NCBI GenBank assembly: GCA_002840365.1 | Contig: PHAO01000001.1 | Span: 15,594-79,593, forward strand | DNA: 64,000 nt | Direction of reading: 5' to 3' | From: Candidatus Dojkabacteria bacterium HGW-Dojkabacteria-1 | GTDB taxonomy: Bacteria; Patescibacteriota; Dojkabacteria; SC72 | Part shown: piece by piece, positions 16,841 to 25,588 of the stretch | Position numbering within the stretch: the first letter of the stretch is position 1 | How the letters are laid out: each line of letters begins with the position of its first letter | Translations under genes and position numbers: made by a program | Notes under the pieces: generated by a model | The model's database searches: none | Told to the model about the DNA's origin: nothing | Seen by the model: only the letters and a program-made list of their open reading frames with translations

Positions 16841-18757
16841 TTGAAATTACTAAAATACAAGAAAATTAAATTTTTCCTACTCTCAACTATTGGTATACTA
16901 ATACTTCCTTTTCTTTTGCTCTTTGCAATAACAGAGTACAACATATACAAATACCCCGCAGAAATAAATCCTTCTGAAGAATTTTGTATTGAGGGATATT
17001 TTCTCTTTCCCAAATTTTACCGTATAGATTCTTCTTTACCTGCAGAAATAGAGATTAACAAAGATGTAAAAATCTTTGAAAAATACAGAATACTAGCAAG
17101 AGAGATATGCCTTCTTCCAACAGAGATACTTGGAGAATCCAATACATATACAATCAGCTTCACATATCTTTCAAATCCTCCGTTGGACATATTTCAAAAA
17201 CAAATAGAAGTAACTACACATGAATATCCAAAGATTGAAGAAATTCAGATTGAAGAAAATGTAAATATAGATCAAGTACTAGAATATGAATTAACATATG
17301 AAAGCTCTTTACTTGAATATTATATATTCTCAGATGAAAAGAGCGTTCAGTGTGAAAAAGAAAGTCTCCTACTCAAATGTAGTATTGGGGAGCTAAATCT
17401 AAACTACGAAGACACTTATGAATTACAACTTGTAAGCATATATGAAGGAAAAGTAGTGAAAATCCTAGATACAAGAATTGTAAATACCCTCTCCTCTCTA
17501 AAGATTGAAAGCTCAAACATTCCATCTAATGGCATATTTCAATCTACTAGCATACAAGAGTTACAACTCTCTCTTAACAAAGAAATTGAGAGTTCCTTTA
17601 GAACAGAAATAACGGATGAAAGTGGGAATGAAATAAGTCATACATCTTCTTTGAATACTAATACCCTCTCTATTTCCCCATCTCAACAATTTCTACAGAA
17701 TACAAAATATTTTTTGAGAATATATGAAATAAAAGCATTAGATGGAAGTCGTCCGGAAGGGGGAGAATTTTTGATTGAATTCTCTATCGATGATGGGCCT
17801 AGTATAAAAAGTACAAACTTAAAAACAGGTTTTAGTAGTACAGGCGATATCGTACTCACCTTCAACCAGGATATAAGTGGTTCACAGGATATAAAGAGAT
17901 ATATTAAATTAAACTCTAGTACTGATTACAATTTCAGTATTAAGGGAAAACAAGTCACACTTAAACCGAATGCAAACTTAATTACATGTGCTAATCAAAG
18001 AGTTGATATTTCAAAAGGAATCATCAGTACAACAGGACTAATCTCCTCGAAAGGCTCTAGTTATACATTCAAAACTAAGTGTGAAAGAGTTGCTAGAATT
18101 GGGACTTCAGTACAAGGTAGAGGAATATTTGCTTCATATTTTGGTAACGGAAGTAAGAAGATCTTACTCTTTGGAGCAATGCACGGCTCAGAAGCAAATA
18201 CCAGAACTACTATGTCAAAGTTAATCGCAGAATTAGAAGTAAACAGCTCTAGAATACCAGAAGATAAGACCGTAATTGTGGTTACAACTTTCAATCCAGA
18301 TGGTATTGCTAATAGAAGTAGATTTAATGCAAATGGGGTTGATTTAAATAGGAACTTTAATTCTTCTAATTGGACACAGGGAACATATTTTAAGGAAAAT
18401 TTCTATCCAACAGGGGGCGGGCAATATCCTTTCTCTGAGCCAGAAAGTATTGCAATCAGAGATTTAGTTATCAGAGAAAATCCATATATCTCAATCTCTT
18501 TTCACTCAGCAGCAGCATATGTAGTACCCTCTAACACATCAAGAAGTGTTGAACTTGGCATACTCTATGCACAGCTCTCAGGTTATAAATATATTGCCCC
18601 TGGTACACAAGGGGCTTTTACATATGATATTACAGGAACATTTGAAGGTTGGGCTGGGCAGAATGGTTACAATGCAATGGTTATTGAATTAGCAAGTGCG
18701 TACAATGATGAGTTCAGTAGAAACAGAAATGCTATTTGGAAAATGATAGAGCAATAA
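16841..18757 (+). CDS. Membrane-anchored M14-family zinc carboxypeptidase (gamma-D-glutamyl-diamino-acid peptidase-like).
   Basis: The C-terminal domain carries the M14 signatures FGAMHGSEANT, TFNPDGIA, VDLNRNF and SFHSAAAYV. An N-terminal transmembrane anchor and about 350 aa of beta-rich spacer precede it. The start codon is TTG. Confidence 0.6.
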   Translation: MKLLKYKKIKFFLLSTIGILILPFLLLFAITEYNIYKYPAEINPSEEFCIEGYFLFPKFYRIDSSLPAEIEINKDVKIFEKYRILAREICLLPTEILGESNTYTISFTYLSNPPLDIFQKQIEVTTHEYPKIEEIQIEENVNIDQVLEYELTYESSLLEYYIFSDEKSVQCEKESLLLKCSIGELNLNYEDTYELQLVSIYEGKVVKILDTRIVNTLSSLKIESSNIPSNGIFQSTSIQELQLSLNKEIESSFRTEITDESGNEISHTSSLNTNTLSISPSQQFLQNTKYFLRIYEIKALDGSRPEGGEFLIEFSIDDGPSIKSTNLKTGFSSTGDIVLTFNQDISGSQDIKRYIKLNSSTDYNFSIKGKQVTLKPNANLITCANQRVDISKGIISTTGLISSKGSSYTFKTKCERVARIGTSVQGRGIFASYFGNGSKKILLFGAMHGSEANTRTTMSKLIAELEVNSSRIPEDKTVIVVTTFNPDGIANRSRFNANGVDLNRNFNSSNWTQGTYFKENFYPTGGGQYPFSEPESIAIRDLVIRENPYISISFHSAAAYVVPSNTSRSVELGILYAQLSGYKYIAPGTQGAFTYDITGTFEGWAGQNGYNAMVIELASAYNDEFSRNRNAIWKMIEQ

Positions 18758-18969
18758 ACAAACTATTGACATCTCAAACTATTAGTATGAGAATATAAAT
18801 AGGTAATTGCCCAAGATCCCCTCTACCTGTTCTTCAATAAAAATAATTTATAGTATAAAAGTTTGTTTGAAGCTTGGACTCTCCTTTTTATTTAATTTGT
18901 TAATTGATATATAAGCATAATAAGGAATATATGCATAAAGGTCTTTGCTAATTTTAATAAAAATTAAAT

Positions 18970-19560
18970 ATGAAACAGATCTTAGCTAGTGCTATGATCA
19001 TCGCCGCTTTAGGAGCTTTAGTGGTGAGTTCAACAGTAGCACTTTTTAGTGATCAGGGTGTCATATCTGGTAATACAGTAGCGACGGGTACACTTGAGTT
19101 GACTTTAAATAAGTCTGCAGGTAAACCATTCACTATTACCGATGGATATCCTGGGTATGAGACCGGTTGGGAATATATGGATATTTACAACACCGGTACA
19201 ATGCCTTTCGAAGCACATGTCTCCTTTGAAAAGACTGCAGGGGATGATGATCTTTACGATGCTTTAATGATTGATATGCACGCTTCGGGTGGAGATGGAC
19301 TTTGTAACACTTCAGATTTTGGTGAGAACCTAATCTATAGTGGATACCTTAAGGACTTTCCATTCCAGAAGTTAGTGAGTGTATATTGGCATTTAGCAAA
19401 TGAAGATGATGCTTCAGGTTCACCAGCAGACAACATTAGAGCTGGATGGACAATGAGAGTTTGTCAGAAGTTAAGTATTGATAGCGGTGCAGGAAATGAG
19501 ATTATGGGTAAATCCGTAACCTTTTCTGAAATCGTAGATGCAATGCAAGACAATGATTAA
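18970..19560 (+). CDS. TasA/camelysin-like secreted protein carrying a SipW-cognate class signal peptide.
   Basis: The N-terminus MKQILASAMIIAALGALVVSSTVALFSDQGVISGNTVATGTLELTL matches the SipW-cognate signal motif (…A.FSD.…N.…GTL.L). It is 196 aa, the same size as CalY/TasA. Confidence 0.6.
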   Translation: MKQILASAMIIAALGALVVSSTVALFSDQGVISGNTVATGTLELTLNKSAGKPFTITDGYPGYETGWEYMDIYNTGTMPFEAHVSFEKTAGDDDLYDALMIDMHASGGDGLCNTSDFGENLIYSGYLKDFPFQKLVSVYWHLANEDDASGSPADNIRAGWTMRVCQKLSIDSGAGNEIMGKSVTFSEIVDAMQDND

Positions 19561-19571
19561 TTCTTAACAGG

Positions 19572-19600
19572 GGCTGCATCGAAAGGTGCAGCCTTTCTTT
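19572..19600 (+). terminator. Intrinsic terminator or attenuator between the TasA-like gene and sipW.
   Basis: GGCTGCA-tcgaaagg-TGCAGCC is followed by TTTCTTT. Confidence 0.55.
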
Positions 19601-19604
19601 AAAG

Positions 19605-20120
19605 ATGAAAAACAATATATTAAATACAATCTATTGGATATTGATTCTTTTTGTCGTACTAGTTGCAATCATTCCAGCAATATCTGCCTTCAATCTTAAA
19701 CTACCTTTTAGTTTGTATTCTGTAGAAACAGGCTCTATGGAACCAGTAATTAAACCTGGTGATTTGATTTTTGTAAAAGAAGAAGAAAGATATCAGGTTG
19801 GAGATATAATCTCTTTTACAGATCAACGAGGCGGAGGAATTACGACAATAACTCACAGAATAGCTAGTATAAATGAAGATGGAACCTTTATGACAAAAGG
19901 AGATGCAAACAGTGGAGTTGATGCAGATTCTGTGAGAAGCGAAGATATCGTAGGTAAGTATTTCTTTAGAATTCCACTACTAGGATATATTATTAGTTTT
20001 GTAAAAACACCCTTAGGATTTTTAATACTAATTGCAATACCAGCAATAATAATTGCGTATGAAGAATTTAGAAAGATTGTTAAACATGTTTCTAGCAAAA
20101 AGGAAAACTACCAGAAGTGA
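19605..20120 (+). CDS. sipW: Signal peptidase I of the SipW (archaeal/eukaryotic, S26B) type.
   Basis: It carries the catalytic Ser box VETGSMEPVIKPGDL, the His box ITHRIASI and KGDANSG. It has an N-terminal transmembrane helix and a C-terminal transmembrane helix. Confidence 0.75.
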   Translation: MKNNILNTIYWILILFVVLVAIIPAISAFNLKLPFSLYSVETGSMEPVIKPGDLIFVKEEERYQVGDIISFTDQRGGGITTITHRIASINEDGTFMTKGDANSGVDADSVRSEDIVGKYFFRIPLLGYIISFVKTPLGFLILIAIPAIIIAYEEFRKIVKHVSSKKENYQK

Positions 20121-20140
20121 AGAGCTTTTCTCACTTCTGG
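20111..20140 (+). terminator. Perfect 10-bp stem-loop overlapping the sipW stop codon. It is a possible terminator but lacks a clear U-tract.
   Basis: CCAGAAGTGA-agagcttttc-TCACTTCTGG. Confidence 0.3.
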
Positions 20141-20204
20141 TGACATGATTTTACCCAATATTATCCCCTAGTACAATACAAGCGAATATTGTATATTGAA
20201 AAAT

Positions 20205-20507
20205 ATGGATGAAAAAACTGAGAAGAAGATAAATTTCCTGTATGGAATATTAATAACCTTAGGAACTATCGTAGTTGGTCTTGTTAGTTACATCTTCTAT
20301 ACCGAAAATACAACCCTATTTAAAGAACCTAATAGATGCGAATACAATGGTTGGGCATATGCAGACAAAGAGGTGTACGATTCTGTAGATGGTTGTAATA
20401 CTTGTTTTTGTTACGATGGGGAGGCAATCTGTACTGAAAAGGCATGTACAAATACCAATGAAGTTAAATATTGTGATGATGGTACAGTTTGCCCCGTAGA
20501 GCTTTAA
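20205..20507 (+). CDS. Small membrane-anchored Cys-rich protein (8 Cys), hypothetical.
   Basis: A single transmembrane helix is followed by ...RCEYNGWAYADKEVYDSVDGCNTCFCYDGEAICTEKACTNTNEVKYCDDGTVCPVEL. The ATG at 20205 is preferred over the upstream TTG. Confidence 0.4.
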   Translation: MDEKTEKKINFLYGILITLGTIVVGLVSYIFYTENTTLFKEPNRCEYNGWAYADKEVYDSVDGCNTCFCYDGEAICTEKACTNTNEVKYCDDGTVCPVEL

Positions 20508-20570
20508 ACTTGCTTTCCCTACTACACTAATGTACCTTTAATGTATATATAAACTTTATTAAAGGAATGT

Positions 20571-21377
20571 ATGGAAAATATAAATGAAAGTATTTCCACC
20601 CCTCCTGAGCAAGTAATTCCACAAGAAGTTAAACCCAAAACAGACAAGAAATCTCTAATACTAGTATTAATAATTGTAGTTCTTTTTGTATTATTGCTAA
20701 TTACTGGTGGGCTTTTTGCATATAAGAGTGGATTACTGAACAATATTTTGAATATACAACAGCAGGAAGATGAAGATATTGAAGAAGAGCAACTAGAAGA
20801 TGAAACTTCCATTATGAAAACAACTTTTGAAGGAGAAACCATAAGTGCTTTGGTACCAGATGGCTGGACAGTAGAAGAATACTACGACGGTGAAGGGACA
20901 GAATCTCTCGTAGCGGGTGTTACATATGAAGGTTTTACTGGTCTGAAGATAAAGAATGGTACAAAGGAAGTCTTTTCTGTTAGGGCCGTTTCTGGAATAG
21001 GCGTTATTGGTTGTCCAATGTATGCAAAATTTGCTGATTACAATCCTACACATTTAGCAGATAATCAAGCAATGGCAAATGAAATTGATGAAACGATGAA
21101 TATCACTGACTACACAACTGCCCAATACGTAGAATTTAAATGGCTAGACAAAACCTTTAGAAGGATTGGCACAGGATATTTTTACGATGACGTACCAAAC
21201 AATGCCTTCTTTGAGGCACCATGTATGCAAGGAATTGTTACATTTACTGGTTTTAAATTTGTTGATTCTTTCGGTTACGAAAGTAATGCATACTTCTTTG
21301 GAGCAGTAGAGAATGTTACTGAGGATGAATTACTAATGGTAGATGAAATACTTGAAAGTATGAAATTAGTTAACTAA
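20571..21377 (+). CDS. Membrane-anchored hypothetical protein with an acidic linker.
   Basis: The N-terminal transmembrane helix is followed by Q/E/D-rich low complexity and then a globular domain. No motif was recognised. Confidence 0.45.
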   Translation: MENINESISTPPEQVIPQEVKPKTDKKSLILVLIIVVLFVLLLITGGLFAYKSGLLNNILNIQQQEDEDIEEEQLEDETSIMKTTFEGETISALVPDGWTVEEYYDGEGTESLVAGVTYEGFTGLKIKNGTKEVFSVRAVSGIGVIGCPMYAKFADYNPTHLADNQAMANEIDETMNITDYTTAQYVEFKWLDKTFRRIGTGYFYDDVPNNAFFEAPCMQGIVTFTGFKFVDSFGYESNAYFFGAVENVTEDELLMVDEILESMKLVN

Positions 21378-21907
21378 TTAAATACCTCTACGAGATCTAC
21401 TTTTACATCAACAGAGGAAGATATTAAATTATCTCCTTTCTCTCTGTCTCTGTACTCATACCATATACCATCTATACAAAGAGCTATATATTTAGCCTCT
21501 ATGAGCATTCCATCAACAACTACCTGATTGTTACTAAGCATATTGTTTGTACGACTATCAGAGCTACCTTTTAGAAAAGTTCTTGAATAACCATCAAGTG
21601 GTCTTTCATATATCCTCGCGAGTACGGAAAGAGGTATTCCCCCTTCTCTTGATACATTAAAGTATGCATATGTAAGACCAGGAATATCCGTCCCTATCTC
21701 TGCAGAGATGTATGAACTAGAATCCTCATATACAGTACCTCTTTTAAGGAAAAAATTGTGTTTAGAGAGTCTTTCAATAGAAAGAAGGACTTCTAATAAT
21801 CTTTGATAGTCTTGGGGGATGTCAGAATCTCTACTCTCTGCATTTTCTAAATATGCATATCTATCTGAGTTTTCATTCTTACTGAAGAAGTTCTCTACAA
21901 GATTCAT
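21374..21907 (-). CDS. Hypothetical protein of 177 aa.
   Basis: It is an open frame convergent with the preceding gene and has no motif. Confidence 0.4.
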   Translation of the reverse strand: MNLVENFFSKNENSDRYAYLENAESRDSDIPQDYQRLLEVLLSIERLSKHNFFLKRGTVYEDSSSYISAEIGTDIPGLTYAYFNVSREGGIPLSVLARIYERPLDGYSRTFLKGSSDSRTNNMLSNNQVVVDGMLIEAKYIALCIDGIWYEYRDREKGDNLISSSVDVKVDLVEVFN

Positions 21908-21930
21908 AATGTTCTAAGAATACCATAAAA

Positions 21931-22340
21931 TGGTGGAGACGGTGGGATTCGAACCCACGTCCAAAAGTTAAGAACTGTGCCATATACAAATGTATTTAGA
22001 TTTATATAGCCAAACAAAGCTAAAAATCTAACAAAAAACTCTGTTTGCTCAGTAATTGTATTCAACTAATATCCCCTACTGACAAGAGATAGTAGCTATA
22101 CCCTAGTAACGACTATCTAACACACTAACTAGAGATAGAAGTGTTAGACACTAACCGAACTTAATCAGCTAGACTTAAGCAAAATTGTAAGCATATAAAG
22201 GTGCAGTGAATGCAGCCCTTAGCTTACTTGCAAAAGCGTTAAGTTTGTTTTCTACACTTATCTGTGCTTTAGTTTTACGAACTAAAAAACGATTTGTGAC
22301 AAACAGCCCCTATGACTTCTGTCGAAAGCCTTACGTCCCC
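21931..22340 (-). ncRNA. ssrA: Transfer-messenger RNA (tmRNA, ssrA).
   Basis: The minus-strand 5' end GGGGACGTAAGGCTTTCGAC and 3' end GTGGGTTCGAATCCCACCGTCTCCACCA match the tmRNA tRNA-like domain consensus. An internal open frame ...ASKLRAAFTAPLYAYNFA-TAA (stop at 22177..22175) gives a Mycoplasma-like ...NFA tag ending. The length is about 410 nt. Confidence 0.85.
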
Positions 22341-22360
22341 ATATTCTTAAAGAACGCTAC

Positions 22361-22369
22361 ATTATACCA
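22361..22369 (-). promoter_or_regulatory. Extended -10 promoter element for ssrA.
   Basis: The minus strand reads TGGTATAAT about 20 nt upstream of the mature tmRNA 5' end, overlapping the 3' end of the upstream methyltransferase gene. Confidence 0.4.
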
Positions 22370-22374
22370 TTTTC

Positions 22375-23100
22375 TTAAGATTTTTTGGATACCTCCCAAA
22401 GGGATATTGCTGTTGCAACAGAAAGATTTAAAGAATCAATATTGTCCGAATGAGGAATATACACACTCTGTCCCAATTCCATATACCTATCCTCTAATCC
22501 CTTAGATTCATTGCCGTGGATAATAGTTAGGGGTTTTTTAAATTGTACCTCCCCTATTTCCTTTGCTCCCTTAAGCATAAAAGGGTATATATTTTGATTT
22601 GGATATTTCTTTAAATATTCCTCTATGGAATCAAACATCTCGAAGTTAATATGAAAGAGAGCACCCATTGTGGATCTAACAACCATTGGATCGAAGATAT
22701 CTCCTGCTGGTTTTACTATACCTAAGTTCTTAAAGTCAAACCCTAGCATTGTCCGAATAACTGTCCCTATATTTCCTAGATTCATAGGATTAACTAATAC
22801 TAGATGATTTTCATCCTTTGTTAATTCGGATTCATACTTCTTAAAGACCCCTACTACATAGGTATTTTCTTTAACTGCAATCTTCTCTATTGCCCTGTTA
22901 GAGTACTCAAAAGGTATGCTCTTTTGCATACATAGATCCATAATCTCCTTTATACCTTCACTCTCCTGCGTATCTGTCTTAAAAAGAACCTGATATACCT
23001 TTTCAGGATGCAACTTGAGCAACTCTATCACAGGGAAAGCTCCAAAAGCATATGAGTAATCGAATTTCTTTTGATACTTCTTAACTTTAGGTAAAAACAT
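22375..23100 (-). CDS. SpoU/TrmH-family RNA 2'-O-methyltransferase.
   Basis: The SPOUT motifs LVLVNPMNLGNIGTVIRTM, IIHGNESKGL and IPHSDNIDSLNLSVATAISLWE are present. Confidence 0.7.
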   Translation of the reverse strand: MFLPKVKKYQKKFDYSYAFGAFPVIELLKLHPEKVYQVLFKTDTQESEGIKEIMDLCMQKSIPFEYSNRAIEKIAVKENTYVVGVFKKYESELTKDENHLVLVNPMNLGNIGTVIRTMLGFDFKNLGIVKPAGDIFDPMVVRSTMGALFHINFEMFDSIEEYLKKYPNQNIYPFMLKGAKEIGEVQFKKPLTIIHGNESKGLEDRYMELGQSVYIPHSDNIDSLNLSVATAISLWEVSKKS

Positions 23101-23101
23101 A

Positions 23102-24055
23102 CTATTTCTTGTTTAAAATATCTTTCAATATATCATCTGCACAGGCCTTACCCTTGCTCATTTCCCATTTTTCTTTTCTAAGTATCAAATATGCCTCTTC
23201 GACCTTTTTCTTTGTTTCTGAGAGTATCAGGTTCTTTCTGAGAAGCTCCTTTTGAGCCTCTTCTTCACTCTTGTATATTTCATATATGCTGTACATAAAG
23301 CCATGGAGTAACACTAAGTAACTTAAGAACTTTGCTAATGTTGAAAGATTAAGCATTAGGTAATACTCAATATTTAAGAATGGTAAGAAAAATATCTGTG
23401 AAAGAATCGCAAATGTTAAGGAGAGTATGAGCCAGAACTCAAAGTTTCTGTAGTACATTCCCTGACTTCTTACATATCCAACAAGTGTTAAGATATATAC
23501 TCCAAGTGCAATCATTTGCATTACAATAGCGAAGATATATTCACTGTACCCACTAAAGATGTTTGAAAATACGGAAATTAATATTACGAATATTGAAAAT
23601 ACAAAAAATATTCCTAAAAATACAAATCTTTCGTTAATATTTTTCTCCTTATGTTCTTCTCTAGCAAATATCCAACTTAAGAAGAATATGAAGGAGAGGA
23701 ACACTCTAGAAAGAACTACGCTACTTGGAAATATTTCCGTGTTTTTTATTACAAACAAATCAGAGAAAACATCTAAAGAAATCAATATATGTAAAACATC
23801 AAGCAAGGATACAGCAAAGAAACCTATCGCTAAAAGCAGGAAGTTAAAAGAATTTCTTTTTGTAATAAAACGAAGTAATGCAAGCGACCCAATAAAGAAG
23901 GCAAAGATTCCTGCAAACAAATCAAGTATTAACTGAAAGTCTGTAATCCATTTTAAATTCCCAGCTACATATCCAAATGTAAGAAATGCGATTACACTTA
24001 GAAGTATAAAGATTTCTCTTTTCTTTACATCATTTTTTGTAAATTTTTGTATCAT
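23102..24055 (-). CDS. Polytopic membrane protein (about 8 transmembrane helices) with a C-terminal coiled-coil tail, hypothetical sensor-like.
   Basis: Hydrophobic helices run throughout, and the C-terminus EEAQKELLRKNLILSETKKKVEEAYLILRKEKWEM is coiled-coil-like. Confidence 0.45.
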   Translation of the reverse strand: MIQKFTKNDVKKREIFILLSVIAFLTFGYVAGNLKWITDFQLILDLFAGIFAFFIGSLALLRFITKRNSFNFLLLAIGFFAVSLLDVLHILISLDVFSDLFVIKNTEIFPSSVVLSRVFLSFIFFLSWIFAREEHKEKNINERFVFLGIFFVFSIFVILISVFSNIFSGYSEYIFAIVMQMIALGVYILTLVGYVRSQGMYYRNFEFWLILSLTFAILSQIFFLPFLNIEYYLMLNLSTLAKFLSYLVLLHGFMYSIYEIYKSEEEAQKELLRKNLILSETKKKVEEAYLILRKEKWEMSKGKACADDILKDILNKK

Positions 24056-24064
24056 ATGTATATT

Positions 24065-24607
24065 TTAATACATGAGTTTAGAAAAAGATATTTTTTCATT
24101 CCTCTCTGCGTGAGGAGCACAAACAGTAACTACCCCTTTTTCACTTTGAGATATGTAGTAGCCAGTACCATTTATGGATATGTACAAAGGATCTTGGGGC
24201 ATTACTATTAATTCTTCAGACTCTCCTGAAAGAAATGACATATCTACTAGATCGGAACAATCATATGGACCACTTTTGCAAATCTCATTACCAAAGTTCA
24301 CACACGCATTATCTTTTGGTATTTGTTCTGGTATTTCTCCAAAAGTATTGTTGTATGCACTTACATGGGTAAGTATGGCTGATATATCTGCTGTTCTTTT
24401 CATATTCCTAGCTTCAGCAGCCTCCTTACTTGGATTAATCGCTAGAAGGGCTAAGAGCCCCATTACAACGAAGGCAGAGAGAACTACTAGTATTTCTAGG
24501 ATATTAAATCTCTCATTCTTTGGTGTCTTTTCTTTTTCCTTTTTTACAGGAACAAAGTTTATTGTCTCTACATTTCGGGCAGCTTGATCCATAGCTACAT
24601 AATACAC
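24065..24607 (-). CDS. Type IV pilin-like protein (prepilin-type N-terminal domain) with an atypical leader.
   Basis: ...KNER-FNILEILVVLSAFVVMGLLALLAINPSKEAAEARNMKRTADISAI resembles the class III signal/N-methylation domain (GFTLIELLVV...), with Glu at +5. The leader is long (33 aa) and has R rather than G at -1. Confidence 0.5.
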   Translation of the reverse strand: MYYVAMDQAARNVETINFVPVKKEKEKTPKNERFNILEILVVLSAFVVMGLLALLAINPSKEAAEARNMKRTADISAILTHVSAYNNTFGEIPEQIPKDNACVNFGNEICKSGPYDCSDLVDMSFLSGESEELIVMPQDPLYISINGTGYYISQSEKGVVTVCAPHAERNEKISFSKLMY

Positions 24608-24759
24608 ATTTAGGAATCTTTTTTACATAGTTTTAACTATCTCCTATAGAGTGATAATTAAAAGGATATAGTAATCATACAGCTAAAAAGGTTGTTATAA
24701 CAACATTTAAATTGTTGTCCACATAAAAGGTTTTTGGGTGAATAAGTTGGAGTAACTAC

Positions 24760-24844
24760 GGAGAGGGTGGGATTCGAACCCACGGTACGGAAACCGTACA
24801 GCACTTTTCGAGAGTACCCTATTCGACCACTCTAGCACCTCTCC
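24760..24844 (-). tRNA. tRNA-Ser (CGA anticodon), type II.
   Basis: The reverse complement is GGAGAGGTGCTAGAGTGGTCGAATAGG-GTACT-CTCGAAA-AGTGC-TGTACGGTTTCCGTACC-GTGGGTTCGAATCCCAC-CCTCTCC-G. It has a long variable arm, and no CCA is encoded. Confidence 0.8.
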
Positions 24845-24880
24845 AGTGCATAATTATATCAAAAATAGTGAAATAACAAG

Positions 24881-25570
24881 CTATATCTCCTCGAAAGGAA
24901 TATAGTCACCATAGGTTAGACGGTCTATCCTACCCTGCTTTCTAACATCTTTGTACAAAACCTTGTCTTGAAGTAATACAAAAATAGCATCCTTATCTGC
25001 CTCTCCAAGAAGCAATATCAAAGCTTTTGGATATCTAAGTCTAGTTTCAATTATTAAAAAATACTGCCCATTCTTAATTGAAAACCAAAAGTTATCAAGC
25101 ATAAACCACTCATAGAGTCTATTTCCTGTGTCTACTCCCCTTGTAGTAATTTTGTGCTTAACAGTATTTGGCTTGTTAGTACCAGCTACATATACAAAAA
25201 ATAGAAGAGCAATTATACATGCCATTAGGAAATAGTTTCCTAATATTGCCAAAAACAGTACAAAAAAAAGAGATATGGCCAAGACAATCATGAAAGATCT
25301 ATTTTCAAACTTGATTTCATACCTATCAGGAGCCTCCCATTCGAAAAGCTTTACATTTTGTATAACCTTCTTGGTAGGAATATCACTCTCTTCTAATACA
25401 ATCTCCTTTTCTACAATCTTTTTTCTCTTCTCCGCTTTTTTCTTTTTAATCGCTTCTTCTTTTAATTTTTGTATCTCCTCTTCCCTTTCTCTAAGAGACA
25501 TTTCTCCAGAGATTATCTTAAAAATATCTGATATTTCAGTTTCAAATCTATTCTTTTTCTTCATACGCAT
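24881..25570 (-). CDS. Hypothetical membrane protein with a Lys/Glu-rich N-terminus and two transmembrane helices.
   Basis: It is an open frame with a charged coiled N-terminal 70 aa followed by two transmembrane helices. Confidence 0.4.
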   Translation of the reverse strand: MRMKKKNRFETEISDIFKIISGEMSLREREEEIQKLKEEAIKKKKAEKRKKIVEKEIVLEESDIPTKKVIQNVKLFEWEAPDRYEIKFENRSFMIVLAISLFFVLFLAILGNYFLMACIIALLFFVYVAGTNKPNTVKHKITTRGVDTGNRLYEWFMLDNFWFSIKNGQYFLIIETRLRYPKALILLLGEADKDAIFVLLQDKVLYKDVRKQGRIDRLTYGDYIPFEEI

Positions 25571-25588
25571 ATTATATGTATTTATGAG

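Noticed and set aside
20111-20140. A perfect 10-bp hairpin at the sipW stop, considered as a riboswitch or attenuator.
   Set aside because: It has no conserved riboswitch motif and no U-tract. It is kept only as a low-confidence terminator-like feature.
22206-22505. 99-aa plus-strand ORF.
   Set aside because: It lies entirely within and antisense to the tmRNA gene and the 3' end of the SpoU methyltransferase gene, so it is spurious.
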